Shown one piece after another: positions 21,339 through 33,788 of a DNA stretch of 64,000 bases (position 1 is the first letter of the stretch; each line of letters begins with the position of its first letter). Position numbers and translations under genes: made by a program. Below the pieces are notes generated by a model. It saw only the letters and a program-made list of their open reading frames with translations. It had not been told where the DNA came from and did not search any database. The stretch spans positions 18,166,001 to 18,230,000 of the forward strand of contig JBHGNT010000009.1 of NCBI GenBank assembly GCA_043228905.1, given 5' to 3'. This DNA is from Azolla caroliniana. Lineage: Eukaryota; Plantae; Polypodiophyta.

Positions 21339-24300
21339 AGCATGGGGCACAAATAGTCCGAGCAATCACAAGACCCCACAAGAAAGAAGAGTGCGTGGAT
21401 TGCGAGGAGAAGCAACATGTGTCACACCTAGTGGCGCATGTAAACTAGTACTACCCGACAAGAAGCACAAGCGCCGGATACAAGAATTCGAGAAGATACT
21501 GAAAGAAGAAAACATAATAGAAGAAGGAGAGTTTGTGACTCATATTATGGAAGAAGCCTCATTTAACGACACCATCGGCGAAATCGAGGACATCGTGGAC
21601 TTGAGCTATTTTCACAACCAACGCGTGATTTCAGTTAACTCCATCAACATGTACGCTATCATCGATGAATACCGTCGTGGCATCTCGATGAAGGAAGCTG
21701 GCAACAACACGAAATATAAAACGGTGGATAAGAAGATCAAGCCAGTTGCGGCTCCGCTACCGGAAGATAACTGGCAAAAGATGAAGGAAGTCGCTAATGA
21801 TCCAAGCTTAAGAGATCCGAAGAAGATAGGTCATGTCTTCACCAAAGAGACGAAGGGGAAGCTACGAGTTGGAAAGGAGGATTTCCTTCTCCCTGAAGAG
21901 GAGCGAATGTTTCGCGATATGCTTGAGAGACACGGGAAGGCTTTTGCATTCTTCCCACGAGAAATCGGATGCGCCGACCCAAAAGTTATAGAGCCGATGG
22001 TGATCTTCACGGTGCCTCATGTGCCTTGGAATTTGAAACCGATACCGGTTCCGAGAGCACACCTTCCGAAGCTGATCGAGCTCTTAAAGGAGAAGGTGAG
22101 TATGGGAATTCTAGAACCGTCGAATGCTCCTTATTCCAATAGGTGGTTCACGGTGCCGAAGAAGAATGGATCATTGTGATTCATCCAAGATCTTCAACCC
22201 TCAACAAGGTGACAATTTGAAATGCCGGAATCGGTCCAAGCGTGGACGAATTTGCCGAAGCGTTTGCGGGCCGGTCCATCTACTCCATTGGCGATCTCTA
22301 CTCCGGATATGACCAATTCCAATTGGCAATCGACAGTCGGGACATTACAACCATGAGGACTCCGATCGGGCTTGTGCGGATGTGTACCTTACCCCAAGGC
22401 GCAACGAACTTGGTGGCTCATATGGTGAATGCCATGAATAAAGTCTTGAAGGATTGCATCCCGGACATCACGATGCCATTCTTGGATGATATTCCGATAA
22501 AAGGATGTTCGCATGAGGAGAAAGATGAATCGAAAGATAAGGAAGGTTGTAGAAATTTCGTTGCGGATCATATGAAAGATTGCGAGAAGGTGCTTCAAAG
22601 GCTCAAAGATGCGAATTTGACATTTTCGGGAGAAAAATCCGCATTCGGGCAACCGGAGATCTTGGTGGTAGGTCACTTGTGTGGAGCATACGGCCGGAAG
22701 CCCTCGCCATCCAAAGTGAACGCAATCCAAGACATGAAAGAAGAATGCAAAAACCAAATGGAGGTTCGAAGGTTCCTTGGAGCGTGCGTGTTTTATCATA
22801 TATGGATTCCTCACTACGCTCATGTCGCCGAACCGTTATATGGACTACTAAAGAAAAGAATGAAGTTCGAATGGCGAGACGAGCACACAAATGCGATGCG
22901 AAGATTAAAGAAACTACTTCTTGAAGCTCCGGCACTAAGGAAGGCCGACTATGCCGAAGGGAAACCAATTTACGTGACCGTAGATACGAGCCCAATCGGA
23001 ATCGGGTGGGTCATCAATCAAGAAGGTGAAGATAATGCGCGATATGCCGTCCGGTTCGGAGCAAAGGTTCTCACCGAACGGCAACAAAGATATGCCCAAG
23101 TCAAGCGGGAACTTTGGGGTATTGTGTCGGTAGTGAAGACGGACAAAGATTAGCTGATCGGGTCAGAAGTGATAATAGAGACAGATTGTCTCCCAATTCT
23201 CGGAATGGTCTCGGGATGTGCGACCCCAGATCTTGCTATGCTAAGGTGGATCGCCTACATCAAGTCTTTAAACCCAGAGATCTGTCACATTGCAGGGAAG
23301 AAGAACGCCATGGCTGACATGCTGTCGAGGGCAAGATTTTCAAACGGAAGTAACATGGTTTCGGAGGATGAAGATGTCGCCCTCGACTTCTTTAAGATGG
23401 CTCAATTCTCGGCGGAAGACCAGGACACGCAAACCCTCCATGTCTTCAATGAGAACGAGTATGAAGAGAGTGGTTACTCATCGATAGATTCCTAAGAACA
23501 TTGACGACAGATGCTTCGTTGACAAAGGAGGACGCCCTACGAATCCGAAAGAAAGCTTACCGATACTTCTTGAAGGGAGGATTCCTTTGGCGACATCCAA
23601 AAAGAAGGACAGGAATACCACGTCGAGTGGTGGTAAAGAAAGAAGAGCAAGAGACGTTGATGACCGAATTCCACGAGAGTGCTTGGGCAGGTTATAGAGG
23701 AACATGGGCAATGTTCGAAAAGTTGAAGGAGAAGTATTGGTGGCCAAGCATGTACAAAGATGTACTCCATTTCGTGTCCACATGCGAAACTTGCTAAATA
23801 TATTCAAATATACGTCATCGTGATGAGTTACAGCCGACATACCCACTCACCATACACTTCAAATGGATGGTGGATCTGGTCTCGATGCCAATGGGAGTGG
23901 GACAAATGAAGTACTTAGCGCTGGCAAGGGAAGACTTGACAAATCAAGTGGAAGGACGAGCCTTGACAAATAAGACGACTTCAGCCGTTTGTAAATTTCT
24001 GCTTGAAGAGGTTGTTTGCCGATATGGATGTGTAGGAAAGATAGTGGCCGACCGAGGGAGTTGGACGCGCACGAAGCGACGGAGCTCTTCGAAAGACTAG
24101 GCGTGAAGCTCTCCCTCACGACTGCCTACAATCCGGAAGCGAATGGGAAGATCGAGCGAGAGCATGGACCTATCGTTAAAGCCATCGTACGGGCATGCAA
24201 CAGTCGAGTCGGGAATTGGCCACGACTATTACCCTATGCCTTGTGGGCCGATAGAACGACACATAGCTCGGTGACAGGGTATATGCCGACGGAGCTTATG

Positions 24301-24807
24301 TATGGACAAAAGCCGATTATGCCCATCGAAAGGACGATCGCCTCATGGGTAGCGATACCGTGGGAGAACCAGATGAGCCGAGAAGAGTTATTAATGGCGC
24401 GGATAAGGCAACTTGAAAGAAGACTTGAAGATTTAGAAAAAGTGTGAAGGATGATGGAGGCAGCCCGAGTAAAGAACAAAGTTCGGTTCGACAACACGCA
24501 TCGACTTCATCCCAAGAAGATTGAAGAAGGGGATTGGGTTTTGGTTTACGACAGCACCCTTGACAATCAACACAGTACAACAAGGAAGTTTGCAAGAAGA
24601 TGGTTCGGGCCGTATGTGGTGACAAGTGCCAACGATAATGCCACATACCACCTTGCGGAACTAGACGGATCAAGGTTGGTTGTACCCATTGCGGGAAAAA
24701 GACTAAATATTTTCAAGAAAAGACAAGACAAGGATCCTGACCTCGATCACCTCGACGATGAACATAATAAGGCAGATGTAAATGAAGACATGGAGGAATC
24801 TAATTGA
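21316..24807 (+). pseudogene. Pol (RT, RNase H, integrase) of element B, broken by stops and frameshifts
   Basis: YKTVDKKIKPV, HVPWNLKPIPVP, DLYSGYDQF, LPQGATN, FLDD, VDTS, KRELWG, WWPSMY..CETC, YNPEANGKIER, WFGPY across at least 7 ORF pieces. Confidence 0.93.
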
Positions 24808-24879
24808 TCACTGTAGCCGAAATCTCACTTTCTCTCTTCTTGGCACGTACCGGAGGACGTGCGTTTTGGTGGCGGTGGA

Positions 24880-25964
24880 TGTCGTGAAGATTTTCGACAA
24901 TAGTGTGAAAATCCCATAAAACGTACAAAATCGAGTATGAATCACATAATACAATAATTGTGAAGATAACATTTTAAATAAATTTAAGTACAAAATGATG
25001 GAGGTTTCGAATGCACTTTATTACACGAGAAACGGACAACTAAATGTCAAGATATGAGGGTATAAAGTTTGTGAAAGGAAAAGAGAAAATTGTGAGATAT
25101 CCCACATAGGCACGACAAATACGGCTCTCATCATATATAAGGTAGAGCAAAAGATATTATCTTTGTGTCTATGTGTGGAGCATAGAGAGTTCAAGGTAAC
25201 TTGAATTAAGAGTAGAGGTGGGCTAGCTACTCGTAAAAGGTTTTGGCCAACCAAAACCGGACCGGCGATGGAGCCGGTGATCCGACGGCATCCGGTGCCA
25301 GTGAGACACCGGTGTCCAACGGCAATCCGGCGACGGCGCCGGCACCGGTATCCGGCGCCGGTGAGACGACGGCATCCGACGAACCGGCGTCAGGCGACTA
25401 GATATATAAATATATATACATATACAAGGAGGGCAAGTAAGGATTCGAACCTTGCACCTCCGAGTTAGGAGTCAATTGGCTTACCATTAAGCCATGCCAT
25501 TTAGTTAAATTTATATTTCTATCATTGTACTTTTACGTGTAAATTCTCATACATGAGAGCTAAAATGAGTGACATGGTTATCATGCACCACATGTAATAC
25601 ATAAGCGCCAAATGGCAAGCATGCATTTTATGCATGTCTTATACCCTCACATGCATCATATGCATGAGAGGATCTATAAAAGAAGGAGGGGGGAGGAGAA
25701 AAAACACGTTATTTTTAGGTTATGAAATTAAGAAGAAGAAATTCATTATCAAATTGATCGTGTAACTTGTTTCTTAAATCTAAAGATAAAAGTTCAATCA
25801 ATCTCTCTCAATTGTTTAATCTCAACTTCTCTCTTTCCCAATCTATCTTAAGTACTTTCTCGCTAAAGCTTGCGCCAAAGCTTGTACCGACTTTGAATCC
25901 TTCCGGTCCAGAACCCCAGTGGTTCCGCCTCACGATCCGCGTGTAGTGACGGATCTTCACGACA
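24880..25964 (+). repeat. 3' LTR of element B (1085 bp)
   Basis: Direct repeat of 17916-19060, preceded by G-rich GGTGGCGGTGGA. Confidence 0.95.
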
Positions 25965-27265
25965 CCGTCTCCAACATTCTATACTTTTTCTTGGACCTTC
26001 TACAATGTATCCCCATGATAACCCCTTACTTGATCTAATTAGTTGATTAGATTCATCCTTGATGCATGGGTTCCATAGGATACGTTGGTTGAGCTAGGCA
26101 GGTTCGGAACTCAGTTGATCGCACTTGAGCCCTCGTCTAATGTCACACCATGCCTTCCACATGGATGCACTGAATCTATCCTCCAATTGGCGGGAGAAAC
26201 TAGGTTTGAGATCCATGTTTAGAATCCATCCTGTTTGGGGGGCACAATTGACCCCTTTTCGTGGCCTAAAGTAGGCGGAACGTAACCGAAGTAGCATATT
26301 CCAACAATCATTTCCTAGTTGGAGTCCTCGCACCACAAATCTGGCAAGTAAGGCTTTTGATTGTGAGAGGGAATCAATAAGACCCAATCCCTCTCTTGAC
26401 TTAGGTGTTGTGAGTATAGGCCACGCCACCTTGGCATGAGTTACATGATCTTCCTTACCAGACCAAATGTAGTTGCGTACTAGTCGTTGAATCTGATGCA
26501 TACTTTCCTGGGAGATTGTCCAATATGATAGACTGTACCATGTTGTTGCGAATAGTACTTGGTTTGCCACTATGATGCAACCCGCTAGCGACAATTTTTT
26601 CGAACTCCAATTTATCAACTTTTGTCGAATGGAATGGATAGCGGGTGCAATCATAGTCTCCGACGATATGTTGAAACCAATTTGGAAACCCAAATATTTG
26701 GTGCTCACTCCTTGATTGATCCATTTGAAAGCGGGATGTGGGTGCCACGTAGGATGTGTTTCATGAGAAAGCCATATTGCACAGATTTGTGCCAATTGAT
26801 CATGGCATTGGATCTCTTGCAAAATACAACTACCCCACTTTCGAGCTTTTGTAGGTTTTCCAAGTCCCCTTGCAAGTAGACCGTTGTGTCATTTGCAAAT
26901 TCTTTATCCAGGATGCTTTGGTGAGAATGAGGCATGGGAAGACCACGTAGGTTGAGATGCCGCGAGTTGAGAAAGCAAGAGAGTGCTTCGGCATATAATA
27001 GAAATAAGGATGGAGCTAGTGGGCATCCTTGTCGTATAGATCGGGATATTCAGAAAAGGGGCCCCTTTTACCTGCCAGTGAAACTCAACTACTGCCGTTC
27101 CTATAAAGTCCGGCAATGCGTTTGATCCATGACTCTTTAAAGCCGAGTTTCCCCATCACACTTTCGAGAAAGTTCCAGCATACCCTGTCATATGCTTTCT
27201 CAAAATCTAGTAGCACCGCCGCTACCTTGTTGTTGGTACGCTTTGCAAGGGCTACCACTTTCGAG
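25965..27265 (-). mobile_element. L1 LINE ORF2, reverse transcriptase region (frameshifted)
   Basis: LLDFEKAYDRVCW, SIRQGCPLAP, EFANDT, KYLGFQIG, KLINWSSKKLSLAG, VAWPILTTPKSREGLGL. Confidence 0.92.
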
Positions 27266-27440
27266 ACTATTAACAATATATAACAAACACTTTCACTCAT
27301 AGTCACTCTGCGTTTATGGCTCTTGCTGCCCCCTGCTATGGCGATTGGTATGGCCAGAGCGCATCCCTGAAGGCCTCCACCACTTCTGCTGCTGCCGCAG
27401 CCCCGCTCCTCTTCTCTGCCAACATTTACATTATAAGTAA

Positions 27441-27760
27441 GATCTTGAGCAACATCAGGTAGCATTGGTGAATGAGATCTTGAGCATGACGTTGGAGAAA
27501 AAGATATTGTTTGACTACCTCCTTCACTTCAGGAAAGAGTATCTAGATTACCTCAAAACCTTTTGGCCATGGTTATTCAGCACAATTCAATATTCTATAT
27601 GTCAATAAAAGGGGGCTGATTTGTGTTTTTTTCTGAAAGAGCTTATGATGGGACTAATTTGATTCACAAGAATGAATCAATCCTTCTCAAAGAGCAGTAT
27701 GTTGGCCTAATGAATGGTAAAAAGCCTCCAAATTTTGAAGAAAAGAGGTTCATAGAATGA
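27441..27760 (+). pseudogene. Fragment of a PORR (plant organelle RNA recognition) domain gene
   Basis: Manual translation VALVNEILSMTLEKKILFDYLLHFRKEY/RLPQNLLAMVIQHNSIFYMSIKG..FLKE/YDGTNLIHKN matches the PORR C-terminal pattern (HELLSLTxEK..HFR..RHPxxFYVSxKG..FLxEAY); frameshifts and a stop. Confidence 0.72.
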
Positions 27761-28623
27761 AGTATTTGTTTACATAAGAACAATACTAATGTTGCAACCA
27801 CGAAAGTGTTGTCCCCTGCAGATGAAGATGCTGAACTTCATGCTCTGGTGTAAGAATATCAAGGAAGAAGATGTGGATCATTACTTTTACATTAATTTTT
27901 CTGTTTTAGTCAATGCTGTCAAAATTCATTTTCATCCATTCTTAAAGGAAGCTTTTGGACGTTTGTAGTTATAAACATGTTTGGAAACTAAAAATCTTAT
28001 GGAATTCTTACCAGATAAAAAAAAACAGAGTGCTGTGAAGCTGGAATGTGTACCAAAAATTGCACTTCAATCCTTCGGAGGCTGGGAATTTGTCTTCTTC
28101 CCAAGCCCTTTGTATGCATGTATGCAAGAAGAACTTACTGGTTACCCTCCACTAAGCTGAATTACATCTGAAACCAAAGATGAGATGCTCCTGTGCTGGA
28201 ATGTCACTTCAAAACTCAACCCATGCAATAGGGGCTACCTCAACAAACAAAGGCTTTTAGCTAGGAGGGGGGCTATGCAAATTTAGAAGGCTCAAGCAGA
28301 TGCATCATTACTTTTTATGCATGTTGTTGGCATTCATTACTTTACTTCTTGGTATTGGGTTGAAAGCCAAAAGAACAGGATATGACCCACAACCAGATGA
28401 GATTATCAATAGTGTTCTCTTTGTGTTAGAAACCTCATCATACTACGTCTCTCTTGTGGTGTTTGTCAACCCATTGGCTAAGTTTCGACATTCAGCCATG
28501 CTGGCTAGAAATTTAGCCAAACTAGACCCCACTATAATTGTCAAAAACCAGCCTACGAAACAAGTCAAGGTTACAAATATGGGGGATGTCAGTTTATCGA
28601 CATTTTTCAAAAATTAAAGGTCT

Positions 28624-28828
28624 TAATCTATGAGGTGGCTTTACAATGTGAAATATTCAACATGGGTTTACAAGCATAAACTGCAGGACTATTCCATATG
28701 GGTTGAATGGGTGGTAAGTGGATGTGGAATCTATTGTTTGTTGGTGTGGTGGAGTGAGGCAGTGAGGAAGTAAACTGTTTGCATTTTGGGTGTCCTTGTG
28801 CAGATCATTGAATGTGAATGATGATCTC
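28624..28828. repeat. Second copy of the segment at 13-227
   Basis: Direct visual alignment. Confidence 0.9.
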
Positions 28829-30319
28829 CATGATCTGGTGTTGGGATGGCCTATGTGCACTCACAATCTTTGTCAGCAGCATTCCTTTTGACAGCTCTCA
28901 GAATATCTACACAGTGTTTCTTGCTCCCGAACTCAATGCCATTATGCCACTTAACAGCTCATTATGCTTCAGTCTCTAGTTGATATGAGGAAATTTTGAG
29001 CTGGCCTATTGTTATACGAGCTACCATGGGTTATAAGAACATCAATGTACAGCAGTTTCTTAGGAAGCAATCCTTTGAGAAGCTCAAGAAATGATCTTTG
29101 CAGCGGTCCATATGATCCAAGTCTTTTGGGTGTGGAATGACCATAGATCTTATCGCAATACCATGTTTTTCTCATTATCTTTGAGAAGCATAAATTACTG
29201 GCAGAGTTTTTTATGTTTGGCTCGTTATTGTCACCATTTCCATTGATTCATTTCAACTAATTCTTTGAGATGACATGGTTCAAATCTGATTGCCGAAGAA
29301 TAATCCTTTTACCGTTGTATAGAATTCAGCTAATTCAGTTTGAATGATCTTTGTGGGATATACTTATGACAACATGACGGAGTAGTTGCTATAGTTTGAT
29401 AGTTTTTGATGCGGAGGGCCTGAAGCCCACATGAAGGGGTTTACATAGTAATGAGTAACCATACTTTGGCATCCAGTTAAGAAGGAAAGGGATTACATAA
29501 ATTGATTTGAAGTCGTTGAACATAAGCACTTCGAAGTGCTTGACCATAAGTACTATCTAGCCACGTGTTTACATTTGCTTGAGCATATTTTTTGACTAGT
29601 GTCTGCATTATTGCAGAGAATTATCTTAATTATGTATTAACTTGTTCTTGTTGGTGAAATATTTAAGGATTAAAGTTAAATGCATAGAAAATTTTAGATT
29701 AGGAATAGAATTTATATTCGTTTTACAATCTGATGAGCGATTTATATGTATTTCAGCAACTGATAAGAGCATGTCTTCGGTTAGGAATGGTACTGTTTTG
29801 CTGGCGTTACCATTACTATTTAATAATGTAAATGATTGATACACAGATTTATCACACAAAGGAATATTAGATGGTAATAAAGAAGTGTTTGTGTATTTTA
29901 TTGGCTTCTCATAAAATTAGAAAGCTATTCGCATACAATAACAACCCAACACATGAACTGTGGTTTCAGATAACACAGTCCGAGGCCAAAATATGAGTGC
30001 ATGTGAAGAAAAAGAAGGATATGAGTTTTAAACCAAAATCTTGCTTTGAAGAACAAAAAGCATTCGCAGACCATAAACATCATAATAATTACATATGGGA
30101 AAAACGAAGAGGGAAAAGGAAAGATGTAATAAGCGTAAGTTCAAATTCACTGACCATTACCAATCCCATACGGAAAAACGAGAATAGGATAAAAGAAAGA
30201 TGTATGTAATAAGGTCCAACCGACTCGTGATTAATGATCCCAAGGCCAAATTAGAAGCAAAGGTTGCTGGGGTGAGATAAGAGACTAAGGAAACCATAAA
30301 TGGTGATGTTTCTGGCAGC

Positions 30320-30955
30320 TTAATCGGAGATATCAATGGTGCGTACAGCAGTTTTTGGCTCAGGTGGTGTAAACTTGGGGACAGTGACTGTTAGCACACC
30401 GTTCTCCATGGCTGCCTTCACTTCCTCCACTTTGGTATTCTCTGGGAGCTTGAAACGGCGGAGGAAGCTTCCCTGTGAGCGCTCCACCCTGTGCCACCTG
30501 TCGGTAGAAGATGTCTCCTCTTTCTTGCGCTCACCACTGATCTGCAGTACACGCCCTTCTTCCACCTGCACCTTCACTTCCTGCTTGCTCAGACCTGATT
30601 AGCACACAATGCCAAGGGAGTCAGGACTACCGTACCATAATTTGGAAGAGAAAAGTACTCAGCTGGAATAATAGTAAGTCTAGTTAAACCAAATGGTTAG
30701 AGAAAATTCAGGCAGGGTTTAGTTACCAGGTAAATTAGCCTTGAAGATGTGGGAGTCGGGGGTCTCCTTCCAATCCACCTGCGTGTTGGCAACCGCTGCA
30801 ACATCTCGAGCAAATCCGGGATGGTCAGGGAAAGATGAGACAGTCCAAGCAGAAGAGAGCGGGAAAGAGGGGAAGATGAGGGAGTCGGAGAAGATAGAGT
30901 CGAGGGGATCTTCTGATGCTTTGCGATTGCCACGTCCGAAGAAGGAAACAGCCAT
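30320..30955 (-). CDS. HSP20: Small heat-shock protein 1 (class I cytosolic-like, 167 aa); exons 30727-30955 and 30320-30594
   Basis: [69 protein letters not shown]; GT-AG intron of 132 bp, frame intact. Confidence 0.96.
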
Positions 30956-31099
30956 TGCCGAGAGCGATTCTTGTCCTGAGAAGAAGAAGAAGAAGATTCT
31001 CTGTGTATCTGTGGGTTAAAATGGCTAGTTGTTAAATGCTAGATGACTGAGATGATGTGTTTGCAGAAGACTGGATATGGCGATGGAGGCGATGAGCTC

Positions 31100-31225
31100 T
31101 TTCTTTATATGCGTTAGAGTGGTGGTGGTAGTCACTGAGCAGTGCAGAGAAGAGGAGGGAGGAGACGAAGGATCTGGACGCTTCTAGAAACGTACAGCCG
31201 ATGTTTCTAGAAACTTCGCCAGAAT
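31100..31225 (-). promoter_or_regulatory. TATA box and heat-shock elements for sHSP1
   Basis: TATAAA on the minus strand at ~31104-31109; TTCtaGAAacTTC at 31205-31217 and TTCtaGAA at 31182-31189. Confidence 0.8.
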
Positions 31226-32837
31226 TGAACGGTTTGTTAAGGAAAAGAGAAACCGTGGAATATCTTTGTTGTCGTGCACACCATGTCTATTAAGAAAAGA
31301 AAACCCGTGGACTATCTTTGTTGTCACACACACCATGTTTGTTTATTAAGTAAGAGACGAAAACCTGTGGACAAGTGAAAACACGATGTAAAAAGGACGG
31401 GTTTGGGTTGGGCGATCGGCGATCACCACCATCCAGATGATGGTTTCGGAAAGCTTAATTTCACAATCGTAAGTGAACGATAGCGTTGGGGCCTTGAGGT
31501 AATAATGTCAAATCAGCTTCTGTAATTTTAGAGCTGGCATAGTGTGCTACAAGTTTGTAAACATTTTGATGCCATGGCAAAGGAATAACTTTATCAAATT
31601 GGAGATCAAGCGGAGTCGAAGAACCTACTTGTACACTTTATGAACTTCGTTGATCTCTACGAGATTAATTTGGGGGGGAGGACCCTTTTTGGATTAAAGA
31701 TTACAATCCGTGAGCTTTGTATGCAACAACCCTCCCGTTTTGGAGGGATTCTATCTTGCCCTCTTGATTCTAGGCCAATCCACTCATCGTGGTGGCATGA
31801 GTTAGTTGATTGGCTAGTCATTGAGTGGGGTTGAGAGTTATGTCACCTCAATCTATAGCAACACATTTGACTGGTACAAGAGGGATCACCAAGTCCAACT
31901 AGGGTTTTTGTGACGTTGGGTTCAAAGGTCTTGCATTGCCATATGTTGGATAAAGATTTGCTAATGTGGATGATCGTTGGTGTTTGTGTGAGATGCTGAT
32001 GGGGAGGATGATGGCCTTGAAAGGTGGGGCATTGAAGAGGGGGATATTTGCGGTAGGGAGTATGGGGGACTCAAAATTATTAAGACGTTGATCTTCGATC
32101 GTAATATAATGATGGCAGAGCATGTTGCTATTATGGATTTTGGTGTGGTTCAAGCACTAAATAGGCTAGGTATGTTTAAAGATCATCAAAACCCTTGGTC
32201 ACAGAGGAGAAATATCCCGTATATGTGTGTCCTAGTAAACCCTATAGAGCCCTTGAGAGATCTGAAATGTAATAAGCTGACAAAAGGGTACCTTGTGTTA
32301 TGCATATATAAGCATTGGTGAATGGAAACAAGAAGAAATAGTCTCATGCAATGTACGTGACAATAATGTCTTCAATTAAAAAAGAAAGCAAACATCAACC
32401 CCAACCATTCACGAACATGAAGGTTGTGCACAATTGAAAAGGAGAAACTTAGGGTCCTATTTAAATACATGGTTACTTTAAACGATCCTCCAATCAAGAA
32501 TAATTCACAATATAAAAGTTAGGATGGGGTCTTTTGAACCGCAAAGAGTACATATGGGTGCATCATTTTTCGGCAACGAAGCACATGTATTTGCAATCAT
32601 ATACCGTGAGAGAAACTTGTTAATAACCCTTGGGGTTTGTACTGCCCCTTGTCTATGTCACTTACATTAAAATTAACCCTTGGTGCCAACACATAACACA
32701 AAAACTCGCTACTAATATCGTGAGAGATTTCATGTCATTACTAGACATCTATGCACTTGGATGGGTTGGCCCGACCAACGACAAATCAAATCAAATGTAA
32801 TCACAATGGACATGGAGCCAGCCATTTGGGCGAGCTC

Positions 32838-32931
32838 AGAAGTTTCGCGAATGTTCTAAAGAATGCTAGTTATACGTACAATATATATAACATGTTGGAC
32901 GAAGAACTTTCTGGCTGTTTCTAGAAACATC
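32838..32931 (+). promoter_or_regulatory. Heat-shock elements for sHSP2
   Basis: Perfect four-unit GAAgtTTCgcGAAtgTTC at 32839-32856; further GAActTTC and TTCtaGAA downstream. Confidence 0.85.
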
Positions 32932-33149
32932 TCTCCCTCTCCCTCTCCCTGCGTTTCTTGAAATACGCCATAGCCCGATCCTCCCCTCATATCATCGTCG
33001 CAGAAATCGATCAGTCTTCAGAGCACCTCTAATCTTTTCCTTCCCAAGCTTCCATACCTTCAGTCGCTATCTTCATCATCTCTATCTGTCTCTCTCTGTG
33101 TCTGCACAGATTAACCTGCTCACACCTTCCTTCTGATTCGTAGCCCATC

Positions 33150-33788
33150 ATGTCTATCTCTCTCATCGCACTCAGCGGAAATCGCAAAGGCGGAGCATCT
33201 GAGGATCCCCTCGACTCTCTCTTCTCTGATTCCCTCATCTTCCCTTCTTTCCCTGACCATCCTGGCCATGCCCGCGATGCTGCGGCAGCCGCCAACACGC
33301 AAGTGGACTGGAAGGAAACGGCTGATGCTCATGTCTTCAAGGTTAACTTGCCTGGTAATATGCAATCGAAATCTTGCCTGCTTACTAATGGCACATATTT
33401 ATTTGAAAATCACACATTATTATTCTAGAGAATTGTTTTTCCTCGCATGTTGTTGGATATGGTGATTGGTTCCAATATTGATGTTCTGATCTTAACAACA
33501 CACATAATTTTTTTAGGTCTGAGCAAACAAGAAGTGAAGGTTCAGGTGGATGAGCGATATGTGTTACAGATCAGTGGGGAGCGCAAGAAAGAGGAGCCTT
33601 CACCTTCAGACAGGTGGCACCGCGTGGAACGCCCGCAAGGGAGCTTTCTCCGGCGCTTCAAGCTCCCTAAGAACACCAAGGTGGATGATGTAAAGGCTGC
33701 CATGGAGAATGGCGTCCTCACTGTCACGGTCCCCAAGGTCGTGCCACCTGAGCCAAAATCTACTGTCCGGTCCATCAACATATCTTAG
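33150..33788 (+). CDS. HSP20: Small heat-shock protein 2 (158 aa); exons 33150-33354 and 33517-33788
   Basis: Alpha-crystallin domain motifs; GT-AG intron of 162 bp at the same codon; most divergent copy. Confidence 0.95.

Larger units (their letters stand above)
17916..25964 (+). mobile_element. Full-length LTR retrotransposon B (Ty3/gypsy, non-chromovirus, Ylt1-like by motif resemblance), 4-bp TSD CCGT
   Basis: LTRs 17916-19060 and 24880-25964 with 12-bp terminal inverted repeats TGTCGTGAAGAT/ATCTTCACGACA; CCGT at 17912-17915 and 25965-25968; domain order gag-PR-RT-RH-IN. Confidence 0.97.

Noticed and set aside
30336-30602. Recurrent antisense ORFs over sHSP exon 2 (also 33542, 43709, 47861, 61275)
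   Set aside because: Shadow frames of conserved coding sequence
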